From NCBI GenBank assembly GCA_016722655.1, contig JADKIR010000004.1, forward strand, positions 1,595,183 to 1,659,182: a DNA stretch of 64,000 nucleotides, given 5' to 3'. Source of the DNA: Cytophagaceae bacterium (GTDB lineage: Bacteria > Bacteroidota > Bacteroidia > Cytophagales > Spirosomataceae). The notes beneath the pieces are model-generated. The model worked only from the letters and a program-made list of their open reading frames with translations, was not told the origin of the DNA and did no database searches. Shown one piece after another: positions 55,244-64,000 of the stretch. A program made the translations under genes and the position numbers. Position 1 is the stretch's first letter. The number at the start of each line of letters is the position of its first letter.

Positions 55244-55807
55244 ATGACAAAAATTTTACAATTGTTCGGTACAGAATACCAATTAGCCAAATCTCTTATC
55301 AATAAAGATGAAAGGGCTCAGAGGTATTTTTACGAAAAGTATTCCGGGAAGTTTTTGGGGATTTGTTGCCGTTATATAAGTGACAGGATGGAAGCCGAAG
55401 ATGTAATGGTGGAAAGTATGATGAAAATTTTTGAAAAAGTAAACCAGTTTAATTTTTCGGGAAGTTTTGAAGGTTGGTCAAAAAGAATAGTTGTAAATGA
55501 AGCACTGATGTTTTTAAGAAAAAGAAAAAGCATGAACGTAGAATATGATGATCAGTATTTTGACGAACCGGAAATTCAAGAAGCTGGAAATTTGGAAACG
55601 GAAGACTTGTTGGAAATTGTAAACTCATTGCCGGAAGGCTATAAAACGGTTTTTAACCTTTATGCAATTGAAGGATACAGCCATACTGAGATTAGCCAAT
55701 TGCTCAATATTTCAGAAGGCACATCCAAATCGCAGTTGAGCAGAGCAAGAGTAATTTTGCAACAAAAAGTGATGAAAAACAACACTATAAATTATAATCA
55801 TTTATAG
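55244..55807 (+). CDS. ECF-type RNA polymerase sigma-70 factor
   Basis: The ATG at 55244 gives MTKILQLFG. Region 2 (EDVMVESMMKIF) and region 4 (GYSHTEISQLLNISEGTSKSQLSRAR) are recognisable. The ORF-track start at 55028 overlaps the divergent Crp gene. Confidence 0.8.
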   Translation: MTKILQLFGTEYQLAKSLINKDERAQRYFYEKYSGKFLGICCRYISDRMEAEDVMVESMMKIFEKVNQFNFSGSFEGWSKRIVVNEALMFLRKRKSMNVEYDDQYFDEPEIQEAGNLETEDLLEIVNSLPEGYKTVFNLYAIEGYSHTEISQLLNISEGTSKSQLSRARVILQQKVMKNNTINYNHL

Positions 55808-55809
55808 AA

Positions 55810-56625
55810 ATGGAAAAAATAGATGAGTTGTTCGAAAAAAGTTTAAAAAATCTGGAAATTAGCCCTTCAGAAAGAGCCAATAAACTGTTTGAAAGCAGAT
55901 TAGCTCAAAAAAACAACCGGAAACGCAAAGGGTGGTTTTATTTTGGTATGGCAGCATCATTGAGTTTGTTTGGGGTGATTACTTTAAGTCTTTTTCTGAA
56001 AACCAATAAAAAACAGGATACAGTCGCCTCAAGTACTTCGGTATTTAATAGTGAAATCGAAAAGTCTCAGCTTAGTAATATAGAAGAAGCTAAATCTGGT
56101 TTGTTCAAAGAGAAAATTAGTGACAATTCGGTTTTTGGTCAAAAGCATTTTTTAACAGAGAAGAAAATTTCAAAAAATATTTTCCAATCTGAATCAACGT
56201 CTGACCCAATAAATGCGAATACAGGAAGTGCGACTCAAGAAATGCCAATTGCCAGAATAATGGATTCTCAAAATGCCATCACAAAAACAGATTTGAATAT
56301 ATCTGAAAAAGAAAATTTCGAAACATTGGTGATTTTAAGCCCACTTTTAAGTATTAATCCTGAAACGATAGCACAAGCTATCCAGGCACCCAAAACTCAG
56401 ACCGTAACTCAAGAACAGGGGTATTTTACCGATGATAAATCACTCTTTGTGAGAATGGCTGAAGAAGTTAAAAACATTAAAAAAGGAGAGAAAGTTGATT
56501 TTAATAAATTAGGAATCAGGCCATTAGAAGAGTGGTCAAAAGACGAAGATGGATTTATTGCATCTGAAACAAGAGAGTTTAAAGAAAGATATACTCGTAT
56601 TAAAACTTTTCTTAGTAGTAAATAG
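55810..56625 (+). CDS. putative anti-sigma factor (single-pass membrane protein)
   Basis: Starts 3 nt after the sigma gene. It has one TM helix (WFYFGMAASLSLFGVITLSLFL). Called from position and topology only. Confidence 0.45.
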   Translation: MEKIDELFEKSLKNLEISPSERANKLFESRLAQKNNRKRKGWFYFGMAASLSLFGVITLSLFLKTNKKQDTVASSTSVFNSEIEKSQLSNIEEAKSGLFKEKISDNSVFGQKHFLTEKKISKNIFQSESTSDPINANTGSATQEMPIARIMDSQNAITKTDLNISEKENFETLVILSPLLSINPETIAQAIQAPKTQTVTQEQGYFTDDKSLFVRMAEEVKNIKKGEKVDFNKLGIRPLEEWSKDEDGFIASETREFKERYTRIKTFLSSK

Positions 56626-56726
56626 ATTTTTTATATTAATTTCTTAACATCAAATTTTTCTCAAAAAAATATTGTCTGGCCGGCAAATTATACAAACAAA
56701 TACAAGATTTAAATTATTTACAAAAT

Positions 56727-57785
56727 ATGAAAAAGTTAATTTTTATAGCAGCAATTCTGGGTTTTAAGGCAAGTTTTGCATTCGTGCCCAAAGACACCAC
56801 TATTATTGAGTTTGACGACAAGACCGCAAAAAGTAAGGTTAAGGTTATAACCAACGACAAAAAAACTTTTGAATTTCCAAAGTCGCTTAATCTCGACAAT
56901 GTATTAAAAACTCTTGGGGTTGATTCCTCAGAAAGAGAAAAAGCTATTGTCCTTATTTCTAAAGGTAAAGCCACAAATGATACACTTTTGGTAATCTCCA
57001 GAGAAGGTCAAAAAATTAAAATAGTAACCAAGGAAATGGTTTCAAAAAAAGATACTTTAATAAATGACAAAAAAGATTCTGAAAATGATGAAATAAGGAC
57101 ATTTGATGAAGACTACTCTTCTGAAAAAGCTTACAAAAGAAAACATGATGAAAAACCAGATGAACCTAAAAAACCCAAGAAGTTTTTCGCAAAAAGTGAT
57201 TTTGGTTTATATGTTGGATTAAATAATTTCACAAAATACACCTCAGAAAGTCCTGAAAGGCTTATGGGATTAAGGAATTTATCTTCCAGATATGTGGCAC
57301 TGTCTTTTAGAAAAAATGCTACACTTGTAAGAGGCGAAAAAGTAGATTGGGCTCTAAGCTATGGTCCAGAGATTGCATGGTACAATTTTATGTTCAAAAA
57401 CAGCAATATCGCTGATATGAAGAACAATCAGGTAGTATTTGTAAAAAACACTAAAGAAACCGAAAAGTCAAAATTAGTAATGCCTTATTTAAACTTTCCT
57501 GTGATGTTTAATTTTGGCTTTAAAGAAGAAAAATTCAAAATTGGATTTGGAGGTTATGCCGGTTACAGGGTTGGAGGCTATACAAAAGAAAAATACACCA
57601 GCGGAGGGAAAAACAAAGTGCAGGACGATTTTGGTTTCAATGATTTTATTTATGGACTTACCGCTGAAATCGGAAAGAAAAACGGACTTACACTTTTTGG
57701 AAGGTATGATCTAAATAAATTATTCAAAGAAAATCAGGTCAATAGTCTGGATACTCAAGCTTTCAGTGTTGGGTTAAGATTCTGA
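56727..57785 (+). CDS. outer membrane beta-barrel protein
   Basis: Has a signal peptide, a charged linker, then alternating beta-strand pattern ending in ...AFSVGLRF (C-terminal Phe). Confidence 0.6.
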   Translation: MKKLIFIAAILGFKASFAFVPKDTTIIEFDDKTAKSKVKVITNDKKTFEFPKSLNLDNVLKTLGVDSSEREKAIVLISKGKATNDTLLVISREGQKIKIVTKEMVSKKDTLINDKKDSENDEIRTFDEDYSSEKAYKRKHDEKPDEPKKPKKFFAKSDFGLYVGLNNFTKYTSESPERLMGLRNLSSRYVALSFRKNATLVRGEKVDWALSYGPEIAWYNFMFKNSNIADMKNNQVVFVKNTKETEKSKLVMPYLNFPVMFNFGFKEEKFKIGFGGYAGYRVGGYTKEKYTSGGKNKVQDDFGFNDFIYGLTAEIGKKNGLTLFGRYDLNKLFKENQVNSLDTQAFSVGLRF

Positions 57786-57806
57786 TATTTTAATTTTTAA
57801 ATTTAT

Positions 57807-57842
57807 GCTGCATCTCTTTCAAATAGGGATGCAGCGTTTTTA
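57807..57842 (+). terminator. rho-independent terminator
   Basis: Stem gctgcatc (57807-57814) pairs with gatgcagc (57828-57835), followed by gttttt. Confidence 0.7.
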
Positions 57843-57995
57843 TTATTTTAGAATCGAAAAAACTCATTTTTCTTGATGAAAATAGAACCAGACAAAAAAA
57901 ATGAGAGAATTTTTGAAATTAAAATTGACAAATTCAAAAAAACCTTCTACTTTTGCAACTCCTTTTGAGAAAGGGACGTTCTTTGATAAAATTTT

Positions 57996-58078
57996 GGGGG
58001 TGTACCAGAGTGGCCAAATGGGGCAGACTGTAAATCTGCTAGCTTACGCTTACGGTGGTTCGAATCCATCCGCCCCCA
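57996..58078 (+). tRNA. tRNA-Tyr (GTA), long variable arm
   Basis: Cloverleaf folded by hand. Acceptor GGGGGTG/CGCCCCC, anticodon stem GCAGA/TCTGC with loop CTGTAAA, T-loop GGTGG-TTCGAAT-CCATC. Confidence 0.9.
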
Positions 58079-58092
58079 CAAAAAAAGTACTA

Positions 58093-58165
58093 GCGGGAGT
58101 AGCTCATTTGGTAGAGCGATAGCCTTCCAAGCTATAGGTGGCGGGTTCGAGCCCCGTCTCCCGCT
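58093..58165 (+). tRNA. tRNA-Gly (TCC)
   Basis: Acceptor GCGGGAG/CTCCCGC, D-arm GCTC..GAGC, anticodon loop CTTCCAA, T-loop TTCGAGC. Confidence 0.9.
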
Positions 58166-58179
58166 CTTGATTCCATAAA

Positions 58180-58251
<72 letters not shown>

Positions 58252-58353
58252 CTATTAGAGTTTAAATGTAGGAATCGCCCGGGTAATCAGGATTTCTAAT
58301 TACTCATTTTTTTCTGAAAATAATTTTGAACAAAATAAATTCTATTAAATAAA

Positions 58354-59541
58354 ATGGCAAAAGAGAATTTTGACCGTAGTAAACCTCACGTAAATATTGG
58401 TACTATAGGTCACGTTGACCACGGTAAAACTACATTGACAGCCGCCATCACTACAGTTTTGGCGAAAAAAGGTCTTGCAGCTGTTAGAGACTTCTCGTCT
58501 ATTGACAATGCTCCTGAAGAGAAAGAGCGTGGTATCACCATTAATACTTCTCACGTTGAGTATCAGACAGACAATCGTCACTATGCACACGTTGACTGTC
58601 CAGGTCACGCTGACTACGTTAAAAACATGGTTACTGGTGCTGCCCAAATGGACGGTGCGATAATCGTGGTAGCTGCTACTGACGGTCCTATGCCACAAAC
58701 TCGTGAGCACATCCTTCTTGCTCGTCAGGTAGGTGTTCCTCAGTTGGTTGTATTTATGAACAAAGTTGACTTAGTTGATGATCCCGAACTACTTGAACTA
58801 GTAGAAATGGAAATCAGAGAGCTATTGTCATTCTATAAATTTGACGGTGATAACATTCCGGTTATTCAAGGTTCTGCTTTGGGTGGTTTGAATGGAGAGC
58901 CTGAGTGGGTAGCTAAAATCGAAGAGTTGATGGATGCAGTTGATAACTGGATTCCACTTCCTGCTCGTGCTACTGACAAGCCATTCCTTATGCCTGTAGA
59001 AGACGTATTCTCGATCACTGGTCGTGGTACTGTTGCTACCGGTCGTATTGAAACTGGTATCATCAACTCTGGTGAGTCAGTTGATATCCTTGGTATGGGT
59101 GCTGAAGGTCTTAAATCAGTTGTTACTGGTGTTGAGATGTTCCGTAAAATCCTTGACAGAGGTGAAGCTGGTGACAACGTAGGTCTTCTATTGAGAGGTA
59201 TTGACAAAGACCAAATCCGTCGTGGTATGGTTATTTGTAAGCCAGGTTCTGTGAAACCTCACACTAAATTCAAAGCTGAGGTTTACGTTCTTTCAAAAGA
59301 AGAAGGTGGTCGTCACACTCCATTCTTTAACAAATACCGTCCTCAGTTCTATTTCAGAACCACAGACGTTACAGGTGAGATTTTCCTTCCTGAAAACGTA
59401 GAGATGGTAATGCCTGGTGATAACATCACTATTACTGTAAACTTGATCAACGCTATTGCGATGGACAAAGGTCTTCGTTTTGCGATTCGTGAAGGTGGTC
59501 GTACAGTAGGTGCTGGTCAGGTAACTGAAATCATCGAGTAA
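58354..59541 (+). CDS. tuf: translation elongation factor Tu
   Basis: 395 aa, [33 protein letters not shown]... Confidence 0.98.
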   Translation: MAKENFDRSKPHVNIGTIGHVDHGKTTLTAAITTVLAKKGLAAVRDFSSIDNAPEEKERGITINTSHVEYQTDNRHYAHVDCPGHADYVKNMVTGAAQMDGAIIVVAATDGPMPQTREHILLARQVGVPQLVVFMNKVDLVDDPELLELVEMEIRELLSFYKFDGDNIPVIQGSALGGLNGEPEWVAKIEELMDAVDNWIPLPARATDKPFLMPVEDVFSITGRGTVATGRIETGIINSGESVDILGMGAEGLKSVVTGVEMFRKILDRGEAGDNVGLLLRGIDKDQIRRGMVICKPGSVKPHTKFKAEVYVLSKEEGGRHTPFFNKYRPQFYFRTTDVTGEIFLPENVEMVMPGDNITITVNLINAIAMDKGLRFAIREGGRTVGAGQVTEIIE

Positions 59542-59557
59542 TAGATCATTTTTCTAT

Positions 59558-59590
59558 AAAAAAAAGCACTTCGAAAGGAGTGCTTTTTTT
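59558..59590 (+). terminator. rho-independent terminator after tuf
   Basis: Stem gcacttc (59566-59572), GAAA tetraloop, stem ggagtgc (59577-59583), then a T7 run. Confidence 0.85.
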
Positions 59591-59659
59591 ATGTTTAGCC
59601 CTATCTTCATATCCAAAATGAGTCGTTTTAGCATAATTTTGTAATATCGGAAGAGTAAA

Positions 59660-60895
59660 TTGTTCTCAAAAAGTATAAAAGTGAAAGATCAAAAAGGAAT
59701 TTTCTTTATTCTCATAACCGTACTAATTGACGTTATTGGAATCGGAATAATCATACCAATAATGCCAAGTCTTTATCAGGAGCTCACCGGTGGGTCTGTG
59801 AGTGAGGCTTCACAATATTCGGCTTATCTGGTATTTTTATATGCACTTATGCAGTTTATTTTTTCTCCGATCATTGGTGGATTAAGTGATCAGTTTGGCA
59901 GAAGGCCTGTTTTGTTATTTTCACTTTTTGCTTTTGGGCTTGACTATGTGTTTCTGGCTTTGGCTCCAAGTATCGTTTGGCTTTTTGTCGGCAGGACTCT
60001 TGCAGGTATTGCCGGAGCGAGCTTTAGTACTGCAAATGCCTACATTGCAGATATCACTGAACCCGAAAAGCGAGCTCAGAGCTTTGGAATGATAGGGGCG
60101 GCATTTGGAATTGGCTTTATAATAGGCCCGTCGCTGGGAGGGATACTTGGTGAATACGGCAACAGAATACCATTTTGGGTTTCTGCTGGTTTGACTTTGC
60201 TTAACTGGTTGTATGGGTATTTTATTTTGCCTGAATCTCTAAAAAAAGAAAACAGAAGGAAATTTGATATCAAGAGGGCAAATCCTGTGGGTAGTTTAAT
60301 GAACCTGAAGAAATTTCCTTATGTATTTGCTTTAGTATTATCCTTGTTTTTGGTGAATATCGCCCGTTTCGCCACCGAAGGTACCTGGTCATTTTATACA
60401 ATAGAAAAGTTTGGTTGGACTAAAATGGAAGTGGGACTTTCGCTGGGTTTTGTGGGTTTGATGGTTGCTATCGTTCAGGGGGGGCTAATCAGAGTTATTA
60501 TTCCCAAATTTGGACAGGAGAAATCTTTGTATTATGGGTTGGTTATCAATGCGATAGGTCAACTAGGCTTTGCTTTTGCGACAAATTCCTGGATGATGTA
60601 CGCCATTATGGTTCCATTTGCTTTTGGCGGACTTGCCGGCCCGGCATTTCAAGGTATTATCTCAAGTCATGTTGCTGTAAATGAGCAAGGTGAACTTCAA
60701 GGTGGATTAACCAGCCTTATGAGTGTTGCCACTATTATTGGTCAGCCATTGATGCTTGGACTGTTCCGGCATTTTACAAAAGAGGAAACTCATTTATATT
60801 TTCCCGGTGCACCATTTTTGTTGGCTGCCATTCTCACTTTAGTAAGTTTATTTTTCACTATTAGGACCATAAATAAAGAAAAAATCAAAGTTTAA
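59660..60895 (+). CDS. MFS transporter, TCR/Tet (TetA-like, DHA1) family
   Basis: 12-TM pattern with motif A GGLSDQFGRRPVLL. The start is uncertain, either TTG at 59660 or GTG at 59681. Confidence 0.75.
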   Translation: MFSKSIKVKDQKGIFFILITVLIDVIGIGIIIPIMPSLYQELTGGSVSEASQYSAYLVFLYALMQFIFSPIIGGLSDQFGRRPVLLFSLFAFGLDYVFLALAPSIVWLFVGRTLAGIAGASFSTANAYIADITEPEKRAQSFGMIGAAFGIGFIIGPSLGGILGEYGNRIPFWVSAGLTLLNWLYGYFILPESLKKENRRKFDIKRANPVGSLMNLKKFPYVFALVLSLFLVNIARFATEGTWSFYTIEKFGWTKMEVGLSLGFVGLMVAIVQGGLIRVIIPKFGQEKSLYYGLVINAIGQLGFAFATNSWMMYAIMVPFAFGGLAGPAFQGIISSHVAVNEQGELQGGLTSLMSVATIIGQPLMLGLFRHFTKEETHLYFPGAPFLLAAILTLVSLFFTIRTINKEKIKV

Positions 60896-60945
60896 ATTGT
60901 AAGGACAAAAAAAATAAGCTAAATTTGCAGCCCGATAAAGCACAC

Positions 60946-61016
60946 ACAGGTATAGTTTAAAGGTAGAACTGCGGTCTCCAAAACCGTCGGTCTGGGTTCG
61001 AGTCCTAGTACCTGTG
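60946..61016 (+). tRNA. tRNA-Trp (CCA)
   Basis: Acceptor ACAGGTA/TACCTGT, anticodon stem GCGGT/ACCGT with loop CTCCAAA, T-loop TTCGAGT. Confidence 0.9.
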
Positions 61017-61058
61017 CATTTTAAACCATTTTTTTTGGGATTAAAGAAATACGCAATT

Positions 61059-61250
61059 ATGAATAAAATTGTTCAATTTGTTAAAGAGTCTTGGCACGAA
61101 GTAACCAAAGAGGTACATTGGCCAAAAATGAATGAGTTACAAGGTAGTGCCACACTTGTTCTTATTGCTTCTATCATTTTTGCTTTGGTAGTAGGTAGTA
61201 TAGATTTTTTAATTGATAATGGCTTGGTACTATTATTCAAATCCATCTAA
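61059..61250 (+). CDS. secE: preprotein translocase subunit SecE
   Basis: The ATG at 61059 gives MNKIVQFVKESWHEVTKEVHWPKMNELQGSATLVLIASIIFALVV (63 aa, one TM). The ORF-track start at 61014 overlaps tRNA-Trp. Confidence 0.85.
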   Translation: MNKIVQFVKESWHEVTKEVHWPKMNELQGSATLVLIASIIFALVVGSIDFLIDNGLVLLFKSI

Positions 61251-61267
61251 TTAATCACTCACAAAAT

Positions 61268-61819
61268 ATGAGCGAGTTTAACTGGTATGTGGTAAGAGCT
61301 GTATCACAACAAGAAAAAAAAATCAAGAATTATATTGAGAATGAGGCAGTTAGAAGAAAATTAACTGACTTTATTCCTGAGATTCTTATTCCATCGGAGA
61401 AAATAGTAACTGTTAAAAACGGAAAGAAAACGGTTCGTGAAAAAAATTATTTTCCTGGATATATCCTAGTGAATGCAGATCTTAATAATGGTGAAGTATT
61501 ACACCTTATCAAAAGTATTCCCGGCGTAATTGGGTTTTTAGGAAAAAACGGTGGAGCATCTATTGAGCCTGAGCCATTACGTCAGTCTGAAGTAAATCGT
61601 ATTTTGGGCGTACAGGATGAAATTTCTGAAGAATCAATCGATTCGGCTGTTTCATTTGTTGTTGGTGAATCTGTAAAAGTGGTTGACGGACCATTTAATG
61701 GCTTTGAAGGCAACGTTGAAGTAGTGTATGAAGACAAGAAAAAACTCAGTGTAAGTGTAAAAATATTTGGCAGAAGTACCCCTGTAGAACTGGGTTATTT
61801 GCAAGTTGAGAAAGTTTAA
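61268..61819 (+). CDS. nusG: transcription termination/antitermination factor NusG
   Basis: 183 aa with WYVVRAVSQQEKK (NGN domain) and a C-terminal KOW (GESVKVVDGPFNGFEGNV). Confidence 0.95.
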   Translation: MSEFNWYVVRAVSQQEKKIKNYIENEAVRRKLTDFIPEILIPSEKIVTVKNGKKTVREKNYFPGYILVNADLNNGEVLHLIKSIPGVIGFLGKNGGASIEPEPLRQSEVNRILGVQDEISEESIDSAVSFVVGESVKVVDGPFNGFEGNVEVVYEDKKKLSVSVKIFGRSTPVELGYLQVEKV

Positions 61820-61846
61820 TAATATTCTCAAAAACAATTCTTCAAG

Positions 61847-61877
61847 GGCTGATTCAATACGAATCGGCCTTTTTTTG
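61847..61877 (+). terminator. rho-independent terminator after nusG
   Basis: Stem ggctgattc pairs with gaatcggcc, followed by a T7 run. Confidence 0.8.
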
Positions 61878-61903
61878 TGTTTAAAGAGTATTATCCAAGA
61901 AGC

Positions 61904-61939
61904 ACAAAAAAACCGACCTCAAAATATATGAAGCCGGTT
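61904..61939 (-). terminator. rho-independent terminator after the acyl-CoA dehydrogenase gene
   Basis: On the minus strand, aaccggcttca-tatatttt-tgaggtcggtt is followed by ttttttt. Confidence 0.7.
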
Positions 61940-62000
61940 TGTTGATTTTTAATTGTTGATTCTAAGCCAAAATCTTCAATAATTTCCCGAAAAGGGATAT

Positions 62001-63800
62001 TTAAAAAACGTATTTACTCTCATTGAGCATTGCATCAGCTATTCTGCGACGGGCATCTTTGGTATTGATAGGGTCTATTTTTGTAAACCTTTTCAGACCC
62101 ATCAACATAACCCTCAACTCATCACCTTCAGCAAAGGCCTGAATGGCCTCTCTTCCCGATGCCTGACAAATTGCAACAGCATCGTGAAGATTTACCACAG
62201 CCATCTCTTTCTGAAGAGCAACGGCCGATTCTCCTTTCATGGCAATAAGTTTCTCCGCTCTCAAAAGTGCCGATTCGGCAACATATATTTCAATTATCAT
62301 GTCTGCAGTATGCATCAGGATTTCCTGCTCATGCGACAGCTTCATCATAAATTTCTGAACGGCAGCTCCGGCGATCATCAAAGCAGCTTTTTTAAGATTT
62401 TTCAATACTTTTTTCTCAGCTGCAAAAACCACATCATCATCATTAAGACTGAAATCAGGAATTGAAAGAATCTCTTTTCCTACAGACGTGGCCGGTCCCA
62501 AAAGGTCGAGTTCACCTTTCATGGCACGCTTAAGATACATGTCGAGTATCAAAAGTCTGTTGATTTCGTTGGTGCCTTCAAATATCCTGTTGATTCTGGA
62601 ATCTCGGTAAGCACGATCCATTGGGGCATCGGCCGAATAGCCCATTCCACCGTAAATCTGAACACCCTCATCAGTTACCAGATCAAGGGCCTCAGAGCCA
62701 TGAACTTTCAAAATTGCACATTCGATAGCGTATTGTTCCAGAGCTTTGAGCTTAGCCTTGGCATCAGTCATTCCTTCCGAAATAAAGGTATCAATCAGAT
62801 CATCAATATTTTGTCCCGCACGATAACAAGCTGACTCCGATGCCCATATTTTTATGGCCATTTGTCCCAGTTTATGTTTAATAGCACCGAATCTACCAAT
62901 AGAAATACCAAATTGTTTGCGTTCGTTGGCATAGTTTACGGCGTGATTCAACACACCTTTTGATCCGCCAATGGCTGCGATTCCCAATTTAATACGACCA
63001 ATATTCAGGATATTAACCGCTATTTTGAAACCATTTTCTCTGTCAGAAAGCATATTTTCAACAGGAACCATGCAGTCGTTGAAGAAAATCTGACGGGTAT
63101 CTGAGCCTTTTATTCCCATTTTATGCTCAGGTTCATTCATTGTGATGCCTCCATGAGATTTTTCAACAATAAATGCTGTAAGGTTTTTGTCGTCTTCGAT
63201 TTTTGCAAAAACTATAAAAACATCAGCAAAGCCACCATTGGTGATCCACATTTTCTGACCAGTGATTTTATAGAATTTACCGTCGGCAGTGAGTTCGGCT
63301 TTGGTTTTACCACTGTTGGCGTCAGAACCGGAATCAGGTTCGGTTAAGCAATAAGCGGCTTTCCAAACACCAGAAGCCAGGTTGGGAAGATATTTTTGTT
63401 TTTGTTCTTCGTTTCCATAATATAAAATGGGTAGCGTGCCGATTCCCGTATGTGCCGACTGAGCCACAGAAAATGAATAACCCGCACCCAAAACTTCTGC
63501 AACCAACATAGAAGTATTGAAATTCATCCCAAAACCACCGTAAGCTTCCGGAACTGCCGTTCCCAATAAACCAAGTTCTCCGGCCTTGTCCATCAATGAT
63601 GAAATCAAATCGGGTGACTTGGCATGATCTATTTCATACAAAATCGGATGTACTTCAGTTCGAAGAAAATCACGGCAGGTATCGGCTATCATTTGCTGCT
63701 CCTCGTTAAATTCTTCTCTCACAAATACCTGATCAGCAGTGGTTTCTTTGATTAAGAATTCGCCACCTTTAAGGGATGATTTTTCAGCTACGGTTGACAT
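62001..63800 (-). CDS. acyl-CoA dehydrogenase family protein (long, FadE-like)
   Basis: 599 aa with CLTEPDSGSDA and RIFEGTNEINRL, plus a C-terminal extension. Confidence 0.85.
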   Translation of the reverse strand: MSTVAEKSSLKGGEFLIKETTADQVFVREEFNEEQQMIADTCRDFLRTEVHPILYEIDHAKSPDLISSLMDKAGELGLLGTAVPEAYGGFGMNFNTSMLVAEVLGAGYSFSVAQSAHTGIGTLPILYYGNEEQKQKYLPNLASGVWKAAYCLTEPDSGSDANSGKTKAELTADGKFYKITGQKMWITNGGFADVFIVFAKIEDDKNLTAFIVEKSHGGITMNEPEHKMGIKGSDTRQIFFNDCMVPVENMLSDRENGFKIAVNILNIGRIKLGIAAIGGSKGVLNHAVNYANERKQFGISIGRFGAIKHKLGQMAIKIWASESACYRAGQNIDDLIDTFISEGMTDAKAKLKALEQYAIECAILKVHGSEALDLVTDEGVQIYGGMGYSADAPMDRAYRDSRINRIFEGTNEINRLLILDMYLKRAMKGELDLLGPATSVGKEILSIPDFSLNDDDVVFAAEKKVLKNLKKAALMIAGAAVQKFMMKLSHEQEILMHTADMIIEIYVAESALLRAEKLIAMKGESAVALQKEMAVVNLHDAVAICQASGREAIQAFAEGDELRVMLMGLKRFTKIDPINTKDARRRIADAMLNESKYVF

Positions 63801-63831
63801 TTTTTGTACGAAATTTAAAAGATGAATTAAC

Positions 63832-63847
63832 AGTATGCAAGCATACC
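63832..63847 (-). promoter_or_regulatory. palindromic operator-like site 1 upstream of the acyl-CoA dehydrogenase gene
   Basis: gtatgcaagcatac (63833-63846) has perfect 6+6 inverted half-sites with an AA centre. It lies 33-46 nt upstream of the ATG. Confidence 0.55.
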
Positions 63848-63874
63848 ATTTTGCAAATTAAAAAAGAAAAATAA

Positions 63875-63891
63875 TGTTATGCAAGCATACT
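63875..63891 (-). promoter_or_regulatory. palindromic operator-like site 2, identical to the MarR-gene site
   Basis: tgttatgcaagcatact is the reverse complement of agtatgcttgcataaca at 47221-47237 (17/17). Confidence 0.6.
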
Positions 63892-64000
63892 AATATTATT
63901 TTTTGGTAAAACTGTATTAAAAGAAGATAAAAAAGGGCAATCTGTATTCAAAAATCGGTTTCGTAGATGACATTCTTTGTGTAGGAATTTGAAACTTTAA

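Overview
This looks like a chromosomal segment from a Bacteroidota genome, probably Cytophagales-like. The evidence is the b558-type sdhCAB, a T9SS sorting tail, the tRNA-Tyr/Gly/Thr-tuf and tRNA-Trp-secE-nusG layout, and TAnnTTTG-type -7 boxes.

The backbone is housekeeping: ftsZ 3' end, gpsA, tsf-rpsB, rpsI-rplM, a leuA-like gene, pyk, pdhA, ribH, lysC, serS, sdhCAB, rseP, trpCFB, tuf, secE-nusG and an acyl-CoA dehydrogenase. I found no rRNA, CRISPR array, transposase or integrase.

The main signal is that three visibly AT-rich accessory blocks are each bracketed by their own 37-43 nt near-perfect direct repeat that duplicates host sequence at the insertion point:
- a 3.9-kb block (13.6-17.6 kb) with a Crp/Fnr regulator and four orphan exported proteins, flanked by two copies of a terminator;
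- a 0.8-kb two-gene toxin-antitoxin-like cassette (21.7-22.5 kb) flanked by a duplication of the first 14 codons of an AraC-family gene, which is itself frameshifted;
- a single lipoprotein gene (31.8-32.5 kb) flanked by two copies of another terminator.

Other notable points:
- One in-frame TAG splits a predicted T9SS cargo protein between its signal-peptide body and its sorting tail.
- A 17-nt palindromic operator-like site is identical upstream of a MarR gene and, 16.6 kb away, upstream of the acyl-CoA dehydrogenase, where a second copy sits next to it.
- An 11-nt motif occurs three times in the rpsB leader.
- A family of GC-rich hairpin repeats sits in two intergenic regions.
- The tuf/secE-nusG and trp neighbourhoods are broken.

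All calls come from reading the sequence and ORF translations by eye. No database search was run, so family names are recalled and need HMM or BLAST confirmation.
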